The notes under the pieces were generated by a model that was given only the letters and a program-made list of their open reading frames with translations, was not told where the DNA came from and made no database searches. Made by a program: the position numbers and the translations under genes. Shown piece after piece: positions 63,867-64,000 of a DNA stretch of 64,000 bases; the stretch's first letter is position 1, and every line of letters starts with the position of its first letter. The DNA is taken from contig CAVUHW010000010.1 in assembly GCA_963741205.1 (NCBI GenBank), positions 64,001 through 128,000 of the forward strand, read 5' to 3'. Source of the stretch: Nitrospirota bacterium. Its GTDB lineage: Bacteria; Nitrospirota; UBA9217.

Positions 63867-64000
63867 CACCGAGCCAGAGCCACCGTAATGGGAACACGGT
63901 GGCCCGGCAAGCGGACCGGTAAGCCGCGTCTCACTGGTTGGTATACCCGACCGGCGGGCGGCCGTTCCGCGCAGCACCGAGGCTTTACGGTTCGCATATG

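Overview
The window has three parts. (1) 1-8040 is core-like chromosome of a moderate-GC bacterium (Nitrospirota/Desulfobacterota-like gene content, inference): zinc-ribbon protein, rnhA, rnpB, Smr, MutY-like, radical SAM/SPASM, TrpB2. (2) ~8300-51425 is an accessory island of single-gene cargo (TA modules, redox enzymes, lipoproteins, a two-component system). Its intergenic spaces repeatedly carry a degenerate, same-orientation ~65-75 bp unit (AAC-N15-19-TCCTGWA-N~30-ACTTCMTGTCG-AA). One copy sits directly upstream of a stand-alone tyrosine recombinase, which suggests an integron-like cassette system that does not use attC. The island also holds a 6.5-kb nest of four group II introns (A contains B in its ribozyme domain I, plus tandem ORF-less C and full-length D in its RT gene), all with readable EBS1-IBS1 pairings. 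It further holds an IS110 with a bridge-RNA-like leader, IS3, IS630 and several orphan attC-like sites. Intron A and the IS110 both appear to have inserted into the repeat units. (3) From ~51425 to the end the sequence switches abruptly to very high-GC actinobacterial-type DNA, with genes truncated on both sides of the switch, most likely an assembly chimera. Single-base frameshifts are frequent throughout and are probably long-read errors. All alignments were done by eye.
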